DNA from: Verrucomicrobiales bacterium | Lineage (GTDB): Bacteria > Verrucomicrobiota > Verrucomicrobiia > Verrucomicrobiales > V1-33 | Assembly (NCBI GenBank): GCA_050998515.1 | Contig: JBPCQC010000012.1 | Location: forward strand, 1,376 to 65,375 | Direction of reading: 5' to 3' | Length of the DNA stretch: 64,000 nt | Shown: one piece after another, positions 46,921-55,775 of the stretch | How the letters are laid out: the number at the start of each line of letters is the position of its first letter | Position numbering within the stretch: position 1 is the first letter of the stretch | Made by a program: the position numbers and the translations under genes | Notes under the pieces: generated by a model | Told to the model about the DNA's origin: nothing | Database searches by the model: none | Seen by the model: the letters and a program-made list of their open reading frames with translations, nothing else

Positions 46921-48246
46921 TTACCGGCCGCGGCTTTCCGCAGCGCTCTTCGCCAACTCGACGCAGATAATCTCGCTGTCATTGCGCACAAACGCCTTGC
47001 CGTTGGCATAGGCCGGATGACTCCAGACTACCGGCCGTCCGCAGTCATGATTGTCAGGCTCGATGACGTGAGCCCGTCCGGTTTCCTGGTAACCGAGCGG
47101 TGTGAGCGTGGCGAAAATCAAATCCCCTTTTTCATTGAAAATAATAAAGCGGTTTCCGGTGCGTCCGATGCGAGTCAAAAATGCGTTTGCCCAGCGCTGT
47201 TCCTTGCCACCTGTGGTGGCCGCGAAGGTTTCCCACTTTCGCTCGCCGGTCATCCAGTCGAGACAGCGCAATTGTCCGTAACTGCATACGCCATAGAAAT
47301 GGTCATCGACAACCACAGGTGTGCACATGAGCGCATTGAGGTGGGTGGTGCGCCGATCGCTTTCCTTCTCGGTTTCCCATAGCACCTCGGGCGCCGAGTT
47401 GTCCGGCTTCATCTTGAGCATTTTGCATCCCCACCAAAAGCCGCTGACTAAAAGTTGATCGGCCCTCGCGCGCGGCCCGGCCATACTGACACCGTAGAGC
47501 GTAGTGCGCGGAATCGTCCAATAAACCTTGCCGGTATCGGGATCGATCGCGTTGATCGCATCCGCATGCCAAAGGATAAGGACCGGCTGGCCCGCGTTTT
47601 CGATCAAAGTGGGCGGACAGTAACCGGCCTGGCCCGATGATAGAGCACGCCACTTTTCCCGCCCTGTTTTTCGATCCAGTGCGACGCAGGTGCTGCCGCT
47701 GCCGCCCACCAGACAGACGAGCGAATCCTTATAAATGAGTGGATGGCCGGCGAAGCCCCAGGTAGGCGCGGTGCACTGGAAGTCGGTCTTCAACTCGCGT
47801 TTCCACACCACCTCGCCCGAGTCAGCGTTGAAGCATGCCAGGTGACCCTCCGCCCCGAGCGCAAACACGAGTCCCTCGTGCACGGTGGGTGTCGCCCGTG
47901 GTCCGTTTGAGTAATCGATGCTGTAGAAAGCATCCCATTGCTTTTGCCAAATTACTTTGCCGTTCCCCGCTTCCAAACAGACAAGCCGTTCAACTCCCGG
48001 AGTCCCCTCGGGAGATTTCGGGCCTGCTTTTCGATCCATGACGAAAACCTTTTCACCGACGACGCTGGGTCCGGTGTAGCCTGGCCCGATTCGAGTTCGC
48101 CACAGCACCTTCGGCCCGCCCTGGGAAAATGTCTCGATCAGGTTTGTTTCATCCCACACTCCGTCGCGCTGAGCTCCCATCCATTGCGACCAATCGGTCG
48201 CCCAAGCCTCGGATGATATCGCGAGAAAAAAAAGAATCCGCCACAT
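46921..48246 (-). CDS. PQQ-like beta-propeller repeat protein, secreted
   Basis: Start trimmed to ATG 48246 (MWRILFFLAISSEAWATDWSQWMG). Propeller-blade repeats as in 20702..22273. Confidence 0.8.
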   Translation of the reverse strand: MWRILFFLAISSEAWATDWSQWMGAQRDGVWDETNLIETFSQGGPKVLWRTRIGPGYTGPSVVGEKVFVMDRKAGPKSPEGTPGVERLVCLEAGNGKVIWQKQWDAFYSIDYSNGPRATPTVHEGLVFALGAEGHLACFNADSGEVVWKRELKTDFQCTAPTWGFAGHPLIYKDSLVCLVGGSGSTCVALDRKTGREKWRALSSGQAGYCPPTLIENAGQPVLILWHADAINAIDPDTGKVYWTIPRTTLYGVSMAGPRARADQLLVSGFWWGCKMLKMKPDNSAPEVLWETEKESDRRTTHLNALMCTPVVVDDHFYGVCSYGQLRCLDWMTGERKWETFAATTGGKEQRWANAFLTRIGRTGNRFIIFNEKGDLIFATLTPLGYQETGRAHVIEPDNHDCGRPVVWSHPAYANGKAFVRNDSEIICVELAKSAAESRGR

Positions 48247-48422
48247 GATGGTCAATCTTGCCGTCCAGCCACACCGCGCAAGAAAAGCATGCGCCAAATC
48301 CGTCCGTGACCAGACTCAGGAGGGAGTTACAGCCAATTGGGCGCGGTTTTGCCTGACTATTGCTCGGTGATGTAGTGTCGCGTTCGCGTTGACTTTGTCG
48401 AAAGAGGACTTAAGTCCGGACC

Positions 48423-48656
48423 ATGAACAGTGAACTTACGACAGCCGATCTGCGCCGCGCCGTAGCTATTCGGGAACGCATCGAAGTCCTCGAGGGGGAA
48501 CTTTCGTCACTCCTTCGAGGGTTGGGAGGCGGCCCAGCTATAAAAAGTGGCGGCGGCCGCAAAAAGCGGCGCATGAGCGCCCAGGCTCGCGCCAGAATCT
48601 CCGCCGCTCAAAAAGCTCGTTGGGAACGAGTGAGACGCGAAAAAGGCGGGAGATAG
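48423..48656 (+). CDS. small basic hypothetical protein (77 aa)
   Basis: N-terminal helix, glycine linker, then a lysine/arginine-rich tail KKRRMSAQARARISAAQKARWERVRREKG. No family recognised. Confidence 0.45.
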   Translation: MNSELTTADLRRAVAIRERIEVLEGELSSLLRGLGGGPAIKSGGGRKKRRMSAQARARISAAQKARWERVRREKGGR

Positions 48657-48996
48657 TCCTCTGGGGACCGCGGACTCCTTTTGTCTGCTTGCCGCGGACG
48701 ATTAATTCCGCGCCGATCCTTCTCCGCGAAGTCATCGCCGCGGCGCGTTTGGAAGGGGATGCTTTCCACCGGGCCCTGAATCAACGTCTGGAAAGCGTAG
48801 TTGTCGGCTTTTGCACGATCCACGATGAGGGCGATGGCGGGTCTCTCGTAGATTCGACGCAACGGCCGAGGGCGTAAGTGAGCGAGGCACCTTTGCACAC
48901 TTGGAGCCGGTTTCGATGAAGCCGGACCGCCCGACCCAAGCGGGCTACAATGAAAGTTTTCTCGAGATCACTGCGCGGAATAATCGCTGCGTCATA

Positions 48997-49668
48997 ATGA
49001 AGATGTTTCAGCCCAACTTTTGGCTCGCCAAGCGAACGGTCGTGCGTCGGCGGTTGACGTGGCCCGCCCTTGTCATCGGCCTGGCCATAAGCGTCACACT
49101 GTGTGTTGGAGCTCTCCACACTTTGCATCCAGTGCTGGCCGTAAATTCGCCCCTTGATCACTGCGATGTGCTCGTCGTCGAGGGCTGGGCGCCGGACTAT
49201 GCCGTCGCCGTCGCGGCGGACAGCTTCCGCCGCGGAGAGACGACGCGTCTCTTCACCACGGGCATTCCCATCGAGCGGGGCGGAATGCTCGTGCCCTGGC
49301 AGAATTTTGCGAACGTGGCGGAAGCCACTCTGGTCAAATTGGGCGTGGCGGACGAGCGCATCATTCCCGTGGCCACGCCCGCGCGACGCAAAGATCGCAC
49401 CGAGGCAAGCGCCGAGTCGCTCAAGGCTGCGATCGAGCAAACCGAACTTTCCACAAGCTCCCCACGGCGCTTCAATGTTCTCACCCTGGGCCCCCACGCC
49501 CGCCGCACACAACTCGTTTATCGTCGAACCTTCGGCAAAGACTGGGAAATAGGCATCATCAGCGTTCCGTCTCAGGAATACGACCCGGAGCATTGGTGGC
49601 GATCGAGCGCCGGCGTCAAAGCCGTGGCGGGCGAAGCATTGGCCCTCGTCTACACCTGGTTTCGTTGA
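48997..49668 (+). CDS. DUF218 (YdcF/ElyC-like) domain membrane-anchored protein
   Basis: ATG 48997 (MKMFQPNFWLAKR..), TM helix WPALVIGLAISVTLCVGAL, then CDVLVVEGWAPDY..TTGIPIERG, typical of DUF218. Confidence 0.65.
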   Translation: MKMFQPNFWLAKRTVVRRRLTWPALVIGLAISVTLCVGALHTLHPVLAVNSPLDHCDVLVVEGWAPDYAVAVAADSFRRGETTRLFTTGIPIERGGMLVPWQNFANVAEATLVKLGVADERIIPVATPARRKDRTEASAESLKAAIEQTELSTSSPRRFNVLTLGPHARRTQLVYRRTFGKDWEIGIISVPSQEYDPEHWWRSSAGVKAVAGEALALVYTWFR

Positions 49669-49864
49669 ATCGCAGAGCTTCGAAAGGAGGGATGAGCGCC
49701 GCGAGTCCGCTGGTTTTCGCTTTCACGGCAGGCAGTCGGGCATCACGACGGGTTGCGCACTGTCACCCCAGACCGTAGGTTTCACGTTGCTAGCCTGGTC
49801 GGGCAAAGGCAGCAGGATTGCCTGCCGCACTTTGCTTTCCGTAACCTCTGCTCCCTCACCAACC

Positions 49865-51409
49865 ATGTTGCTCAAACGTTGCCTCGCGGCCACCAGCCTG
49901 ATCGGCCTGCTCTCATTGTTTTCTCGAGCCGAGGAAGCCAAATCGGATGATCCGAGCAAACCCGTTTCCTATTGGAGACAGATCCGTACGATTTTTCAGG
50001 CCAACTGCACCGGGTGTCATCAGCCGGCCAAGGCCAAGGGTGAATTGATCATGACAGATTTTGCCGCTTTGATCAAAGGTGGCGCAGACGCCGGGCCGGG
50101 CATCGTTCCGGGCAAACCGGACGAGTCGTCGGTGGTGAAGAATATTACTCCTGGTCCAGATGGGAAAGCCGAGATGCCCAAAAAGGCCGATCCCTTAAGA
50201 CCGCAGGAAATCTCGCTAATTCGCCAGTGGATTCAGGAAGGGGGCGTTGATGACACCCCTGCGCACGCAAGGCAGGTGTGGGATGCGGAGCATCCGCCGG
50301 TTTACGCCCACGCTCCGCTGGTCACAGCGATCGATTTTTCTCCAGACGGACAACTCCTCGCCGTTAGCGGTTTCCATGAGACGTTGCTGGTGCGAGCCGA
50401 TAACGGAGCGCTGATTGGGCGCCTCATTGGGCTTAGTGAACGGATCGAGTCGGTAAGTTTCTCTCCGGACGGCCGACGGTTGGCGGTGGCAGGCGGCCAG
50501 CCCGGACGCATGGGCGAAGTCCAGGTCTGGGACGTCGCCGAGAAAAAACTCGTGCTCTCACAGCCTGTCACTTTCGATACGGTCTATGGCGCTTCCTGGT
50601 CCCCTGATGGCAAGAACGTGGCCTTCGGGGGGGCGGATAAATCCGTGCGAGCCATCGAGGCTGACACAGGCAAGCAGACCTTTTTTGTGCTTACGCACGA
50701 AGACTGGGTGCAGGACACCGCCTGGTCAGTGAAAGGCGACCAGGTGTTTTCTGCCGGGCGCGACATGACCGCGAAGCTCAGTGATTTCGCGACGCAGCGA
50801 TTCATTGATAACATCACATCTATCACGCCGGGCGCGCTCAGAGGCGGATTGCAGGCCCTCTCGCGGCATCCTGAGCGCGACGAGATTCTGGTCGGCGGCA
50901 GCGACGGCGAGCCCCGCCTCTATCGAACCAACCGGGAAGTCGAACGCAAAATCGGGGACGACTCGAATCTCATCCGCAAGTTTCCACCGATTGAAGGCCG
51001 CATTTGGGCGGCAGATTTCGCGCCTGACGGCAAAAGTTTCGCCGTCGGTGGCACCCGCACCGATGAAAATGCCACCGGGTCGCTGATCAAAGGCATCGTC
51101 GCGTTTTATGGCTGCGATGTGGATAGCAAGTTACCTGAAGACCTCAAAGCCATTTTGAGGAAGGAATCTTTCAGCCGAAATGCCGACGAGAAGGCGAAAG
51201 TCGAGGCTTATCTGACGCAAGGGGTGGCCCTCTTAAAAAAGATCGAGCTGCCCACGGGCGTTTATGCGGTGACCTACCAGCCGGACGGCTCGTTCCTGGC
51301 CTGCGCCGGGGCCGACGGCCTTGTTCGCCTGCTCAAGCCCGGGGACGGTACCATCGCGATGGAACTGCAGCCGTTTCCGCTCTCGACGGTCCAGACTGCC
51401 GCGAAATAG
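49865..51409 (+). CDS. PSCyt1-type cytochrome c domain fused to WD40 beta-propeller, secreted
   Basis: ATG 49865 (MLLKRCLAATSLIGLLSLFSRAEE). CTGCH at 50006..50020 with GKAEMPKK..ISLIRQWI, followed by WD40-like repeats (FSPDG..LAV.G, VWD). Confidence 0.8.
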   Translation: MLLKRCLAATSLIGLLSLFSRAEEAKSDDPSKPVSYWRQIRTIFQANCTGCHQPAKAKGELIMTDFAALIKGGADAGPGIVPGKPDESSVVKNITPGPDGKAEMPKKADPLRPQEISLIRQWIQEGGVDDTPAHARQVWDAEHPPVYAHAPLVTAIDFSPDGQLLAVSGFHETLLVRADNGALIGRLIGLSERIESVSFSPDGRRLAVAGGQPGRMGEVQVWDVAEKKLVLSQPVTFDTVYGASWSPDGKNVAFGGADKSVRAIEADTGKQTFFVLTHEDWVQDTAWSVKGDQVFSAGRDMTAKLSDFATQRFIDNITSITPGALRGGLQALSRHPERDEILVGGSDGEPRLYRTNREVERKIGDDSNLIRKFPPIEGRIWAADFAPDGKSFAVGGTRTDENATGSLIKGIVAFYGCDVDSKLPEDLKAILRKESFSRNADEKAKVEAYLTQGVALLKKIELPTGVYAVTYQPDGSFLACAGADGLVRLLKPGDGTIAMELQPFPLSTVQTAAK

Positions 51410-51584
51410 GTTCGTGGGACCTTGGAGACGGCCCGCCCTCGGGCCGCCGGTCACGCTTCCAGGCGCAAGGGCGCGCCCTCCGGCATTGTCGCCGGCTTCG
51501 GGGAAGCGACTGGACCGAAGGTCCGGCACCATCAATGCCGAAGACAAGGCAAGGCGCGCCGTCCCCAAAATTCAGGGCGCCGCA

Positions 51585-53048
51585 TTACGCCAGCACCGCC
51601 GGAATGATCTGCGCGGTATTTTGAACTCCGGTCAGCCGTTCGAGGCGGCCATTGGTCTGGAAATACAGCTTTTCGTGATTGACACCCATTGCTCTAAGGA
51701 TCGTGGCGTGCAGGTTTTTAAAGGGAATTGGGTTTTCCGTGGCCATGAGCCCGAGCTCATCAGTGGCGCCCAGGCGAAGGCCGGGTTTGACTCCGCCCCC
51801 AGCCATCCAGATGGTGAAGCCGGCGCAGTTGTGCTGGCGCCCTCCGTCACCCTGCATCATCGGCGTGCGTCCAAATTCGCTGGCCCAAATGACGAGTGTG
51901 GTGTCGAGCAGTCCGCTTTGTTTGAGATCGGTCAGCAAAGCCGAGATCGGCTGATCGACCACGCGCGCGTGCGTTTCGTGATTTTTCGCCAGATTGCCGT
52001 GCGCGTCCCAGCCATCTTTTTCGTGCATGTCATAAAGCTGCACAAAGCGGACGCCACGTTCGACGAGCCGCCGGGCGAGCAGGCATTTGCGGGCAAATCT
52101 TACCGTCTCCTTGTCCTGATGCTCGAAGCCGTAACTCTTGCGAATGTGTTCCGGCTCCTTGTCGATGTCACCAACTTCCAGGGCCGCGGATTGCATGCGA
52201 TAGGCCAGTTCATAGCTCGCGATGCGCGCGTCCAGATCCGTGAACCCTGGACGCGTGGCGCGATGGAGCAGATTCAGTTCGCGCAACGCCTGAAAGGTCT
52301 GTGTCTGCGCGCCGGCGAACTCACCGGCCGGAATGAGGTCAAGCACCGGAGTCCCAGAATCGCGCAAACGCGTACCCTGAAATGCCGCCGGCAAAAAACC
52401 ATTGCTGTAGTTGGTCGCGCCGCCAAGTGGGCCAGCCTCGAAGAGCAAAACATAAGCCGGAAGGTTTTGGTTTTCGCTGCCCAGACCGTAAGTTACCCAC
52501 GATCCCATGCTGGCCTTCCCGCCCACGATGTCACCGGTGTGCAACTGGATGCTCGCCGGGCCATGGTTGTTGCTGTCGGCCTGCATCGAATGAATGACGC
52601 AGAGATCATCCACCTGCTTCGCCATGTGCGGCAACAGCTCGGAGACCCAAAGACCGGTTTGACCTCGCTGAGTGAACTTCCACGGGCTCGCCAGCAACTC
52701 GTCTTTGCAGCCTTTGAAAATGTTGGCAAAGCGCGTCGCCTCGACCGCCTTCCTAAATGACTCGGGCACCTTCTGACCGCCACGCTTCTGCAGCTCCGGT
52801 TTGTAATCAAAGGTGTCAACGTGAGACGGTCCGCCAACCATGAACAGAAAAATCACCGATTTCGCCTTGGGCGCGAAATGCGGTTGCCTCGGTTGATAGG
52901 GATTGACCGGGTCCACAACGACTGCGGTCGACGCCGCTGCCGCCCGCGTTTCACTCTGCATCAAAGCCTGCAACGCGAGCCCGCCAAACCCGCATCCGAA
53001 ACGGGTCAGGAAATGCCGGCGGTTCGACGAAGGCGAGATCACCGCCAA
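51585..53048 (-). CDS. DUF1501 domain protein (second copy)
   Basis: NRRHFLTRFGCGFGGLAL leader, FVQLYDMHEKDGWDAHGNL, WASEFGRTP, GRQHN. TTG start; no nearby ATG. Confidence 0.85.
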   Translation of the reverse strand: MAVISPSSNRRHFLTRFGCGFGGLALQALMQSETRAAAASTAVVVDPVNPYQPRQPHFAPKAKSVIFLFMVGGPSHVDTFDYKPELQKRGGQKVPESFRKAVEATRFANIFKGCKDELLASPWKFTQRGQTGLWVSELLPHMAKQVDDLCVIHSMQADSNNHGPASIQLHTGDIVGGKASMGSWVTYGLGSENQNLPAYVLLFEAGPLGGATNYSNGFLPAAFQGTRLRDSGTPVLDLIPAGEFAGAQTQTFQALRELNLLHRATRPGFTDLDARIASYELAYRMQSAALEVGDIDKEPEHIRKSYGFEHQDKETVRFARKCLLARRLVERGVRFVQLYDMHEKDGWDAHGNLAKNHETHARVVDQPISALLTDLKQSGLLDTTLVIWASEFGRTPMMQGDGGRQHNCAGFTIWMAGGGVKPGLRLGATDELGLMATENPIPFKNLHATILRAMGVNHEKLYFQTNGRLERLTGVQNTAQIIPAVLA

Positions 53049-53095
53049 AGGTCGCCCAATCCGGCGTCACTGCAAGGCGCTCCGTCAGACGACTT

Positions 53096-53785
53096 TCACG
53101 ACCGCCGGAAAACAAAAAGGAAGTTATTAAAAGGCAGCACGCCTGAAAGACTTCGCACCTCCCCTTCCAACCCGACACCCTGCAATTGAGCCGCGATTGC
53201 CTCCCGGCTGGGATAACACACCGCGTGTTCGGCCATCCATGAAGTGCCCTTGGCAAACCGGTCGCCCACGTGAGTTAGGCGGAACCTCCAGTTTTTCTCC
53301 CTCAGACAAGTGCGAATGATGAGTTTGCCGCCCGGTGCGACACGGTCCGCCGCCGTTTCCAATAAGGCTGTCTGTTCCGCCGCTGTGCAGAATTGCAGCG
53401 CGTCGAGAATGGCCACGTCCCCGCAGTGGGAAGGCAGACCTTTACGGGCATCGCCCAACTTAAATGTGGTCGCCGAATCGCCCTTCATGATTCGAGCCGC
53501 CACCGCGATTTTCTCCCCATCGTAGTCACAGCCGTGAATGGGAGCCGAGAAGCCGCATTCACGAAGATAACACGCCAGCAACCCTGGGCCGCACCCGATA
53601 TCCAGCAACGAATGACGGCTCGAGTAAAGCTCTCGCGCCACCTCCCGATATACCGGATCCAGAAGCAATTTGCAAAACACGTAGGGAGCGTAATAACGAA
53701 AAGGAAACCGCCGGCACAAACGCCAGGCCAGCACTTGATTTCGGCCACGACCGACTTCCAGGATTTTGCCCGCAGCAACCTTCAT
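53096..53785 (-). CDS. class I SAM-dependent methyltransferase
   Basis: Motif I LLDIGCGPGLLACYL, an acidic post-I residue (GCDYD), and GGKLII. Confidence 0.8.
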   Translation of the reverse strand: MKVAAGKILEVGRGRNQVLAWRLCRRFPFRYYAPYVFCKLLLDPVYREVARELYSSRHSLLDIGCGPGLLACYLRECGFSAPIHGCDYDGEKIAVAARIMKGDSATTFKLGDARKGLPSHCGDVAILDALQFCTAAEQTALLETAADRVAPGGKLIIRTCLREKNWRFRLTHVGDRFAKGTSWMAEHAVCYPSREAIAAQLQGVGLEGEVRSLSGVLPFNNFLFVFRRS

Positions 53786-53840
53786 CGGACACAGGTTTAC
53801 GGGAAATCATTCTTGCAAGGGAACGCCCATAGCCAGATTT

Positions 53841-55775
53841 TCATTCCTCGAAGCGAAGCCGGATGGCTTCGAAATAGCGTCTCACCTGCTGGCGCCGGCT
53901 TGGGGGCAACGCTTGTTCGTCAAACGCCTCTTCCTGAACCTTCACGAAATCCGCCGCCGTTTTCTTGGCGGCACGCAACGCTGCTTCTTCATGCGGCTGG
54001 CCTTCGATTTGCCGCACAAATGATTCGCCATCCTCGTTGATTGAGCCCGCGACCTCCCCCTGAGCCCCTGCGACCTTTGGTTTGCTGGGTGAATTGCCGG
54101 AAGGCAGATGCCCGCGCCCCGCGCGAAGCCCACCCTGGGCGGCCGCTCCCCCTTCGAGGCCTGGCGCGCTCAGGGCGGCCTTGGCAGCGGTGCCTGGGAT
54201 TGGGGCTGCCAGCGGCAAGGCCATTTCCGGCTGCCCTGCTGTGCCAGGAATCAAGGTCAGCGACTTAATATCAATGGGCAGTTTGCCGGTGCCGGGAATG
54301 ACCGAGCCACGGCCCTTCCCAAATTTTATCTCAGGAATTTTGCCCAGGCCTGGCACAGGCAGCTGGCTCGAATCCCCGCGCGCCCCATCAAGTTGTCCCA
54401 GCGGCGTCATATCAGGCATGGTCGAGGGCTGAGTGGCCGCCCCGCTTTGGTTGCCGGCGAGTTTTTTCATCCCCTGGTTGTTCTGGCCCATGATGGAACC
54501 GCCAGACTGGCGGAGTCGTTCAGCAAGTTTTTGTAATTCCTTTTGGGAATTCTCCCGCTGTTCCTGGCGCTCAAATTTCTCTGCGAGCTTCGCAAATTCC
54601 CCCGAGGCCGCGGGTGCCTCCTGCTTCTCCATATGCTGGTCGGCGGCGCCTACGTGCTGACCAACCATTTTCTTGCGGTCATCATCAGTGGCTTTATTCA
54701 TGGTGCGATCCAGTGCCTGGGCGATTCGCTCGGACGCTTCCGAGGTGAGCTGAGGGTTTTCGAGTTGATTGGCGATCTGGCGGGACTCTGCGCCACTTGT
54801 CCCGGCATTTCGGTCCCTGATGCCCGAGGCGAGATCCGCGGTGTCCGGGTGCTTGCGCATTTCCGCGAGCATTTGCTCGGACGCCCAAGCCGTATTATCG
54901 GCGCCGAGTTCTTTGGCGAGGTCTTCCGCCTCGCGCGCTCGCTTCTCGAGTTCGGCAAGCACCTCACGCGGCGTCATCTCCGCGGCATCCTTCAGCTTTG
55001 CCGCTGTCTCCTGGATCGATTTCTGCAATTCAGCAAGTCGGCGCCTTTCATCTTCACTCAGTTCCTTGATTTCAGCCGCTCGCTTCTCGGACACGAGCAG
55101 TTTCTCGGCTTCGTTTTTGGCGTTGGCGAGCATGCTCGCTGTCATTGGACTGTCTCCGGCCGAGAGTTGCGGCTTGAGCCATGGCACAAAAATCATCAGC
55201 AGGGCAAGGCTGGGGGCCAGCCATGTCCAGGTGGAGTGTGGCAGCCGCAGTTCTTGCTTCAGCGAGGCCTGCATGTCAGCCAGACCGTTGCCAGCGCGGA
55301 CAAGATGGAGTTCGCGACCGGGATCGACCTCCACGCCTTGTCTGGCAAGTTCCTCTTCGAAAATCAGGGCGCTGGAAAAGAGATCGCTACGTCCCGCAGC
55401 GCGGTCCCAGGCCGCGAGAGCTGCGTAGGGCGTGGGCCACCTGCGCCAGGAATAATTCAGTGCCATCAGCGCCCACGCTGCCAGCAGGACCATCACGATT
55501 GAAACTTCTGGAGCCCGTATGCCGGACAGCCGCAGGATAATGAGCACAGGCACCGCTGCCGCCACCAACCAAATGCCTTTTCGGAGACCCGCCAAAAAGT
55601 ACGTGAGCGCCAGCCGCCGAGTCACGCTTCGCGCGGCTGCTTGGAAACGGCCGGCCCACGGCACACCGCGGCTCGAAGGCGTGAAATCTTCGAGGCGGCC
55701 CGGTGTCCGGCCGGCTCGAGTGCGGCCCGAGGGTGGGCCGTCTCCAGACCGAGATGAGGCAGGCGGTTCCATCAT
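53841..55775 (-). CDS. hypothetical membrane protein with long coiled coil and G/P-rich region
   Basis: ATG overlaps the upstream stop (ATGA at 55772..55775). Hydrophobic helices GIWLVAAAVPVLIIL, VSIVMVLLAAWALMAL and WLAPSLALLMIFVPWL. E/K/A/Q-rich heptad-like middle. C-terminus ..PPSRRQQVRRYFEAIRLRFEE. Confidence 0.6.
   Translation of the reverse strand: MMEPPASSRSGDGPPSGRTRAGRTPGRLEDFTPSSRGVPWAGRFQAAARSVTRRLALTYFLAGLRKGIWLVAAAVPVLIILRLSGIRAPEVSIVMVLLAAWALMALNYSWRRWPTPYAALAAWDRAAGRSDLFSSALIFEEELARQGVEVDPGRELHLVRAGNGLADMQASLKQELRLPHSTWTWLAPSLALLMIFVPWLKPQLSAGDSPMTASMLANAKNEAEKLLVSEKRAAEIKELSEDERRRLAELQKSIQETAAKLKDAAEMTPREVLAELEKRAREAEDLAKELGADNTAWASEQMLAEMRKHPDTADLASGIRDRNAGTSGAESRQIANQLENPQLTSEASERIAQALDRTMNKATDDDRKKMVGQHVGAADQHMEKQEAPAASGEFAKLAEKFERQEQRENSQKELQKLAERLRQSGGSIMGQNNQGMKKLAGNQSGAATQPSTMPDMTPLGQLDGARGDSSQLPVPGLGKIPEIKFGKGRGSVIPGTGKLPIDIKSLTLIPGTAGQPEMALPLAAPIPGTAAKAALSAPGLEGGAAAQGGLRAGRGHLPSGNSPSKPKVAGAQGEVAGSINEDGESFVRQIEGQPHEEAALRAAKKTAADFVKVQEEAFDEQALPPSRRQQVRRYFEAIRLRFEE

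Noticed and set aside
48781-49593. 270-aa minus-strand ORF
   Set aside because: Antisense to the DUF218 gene. Its 3' tail only overlaps the coding-like remnant in a different frame.
51321-52760. 479-aa plus-strand ORF
   Set aside because: Antisense to the second DUF1501 gene, which has diagnostic motifs. The translation is R/A/G-rich.
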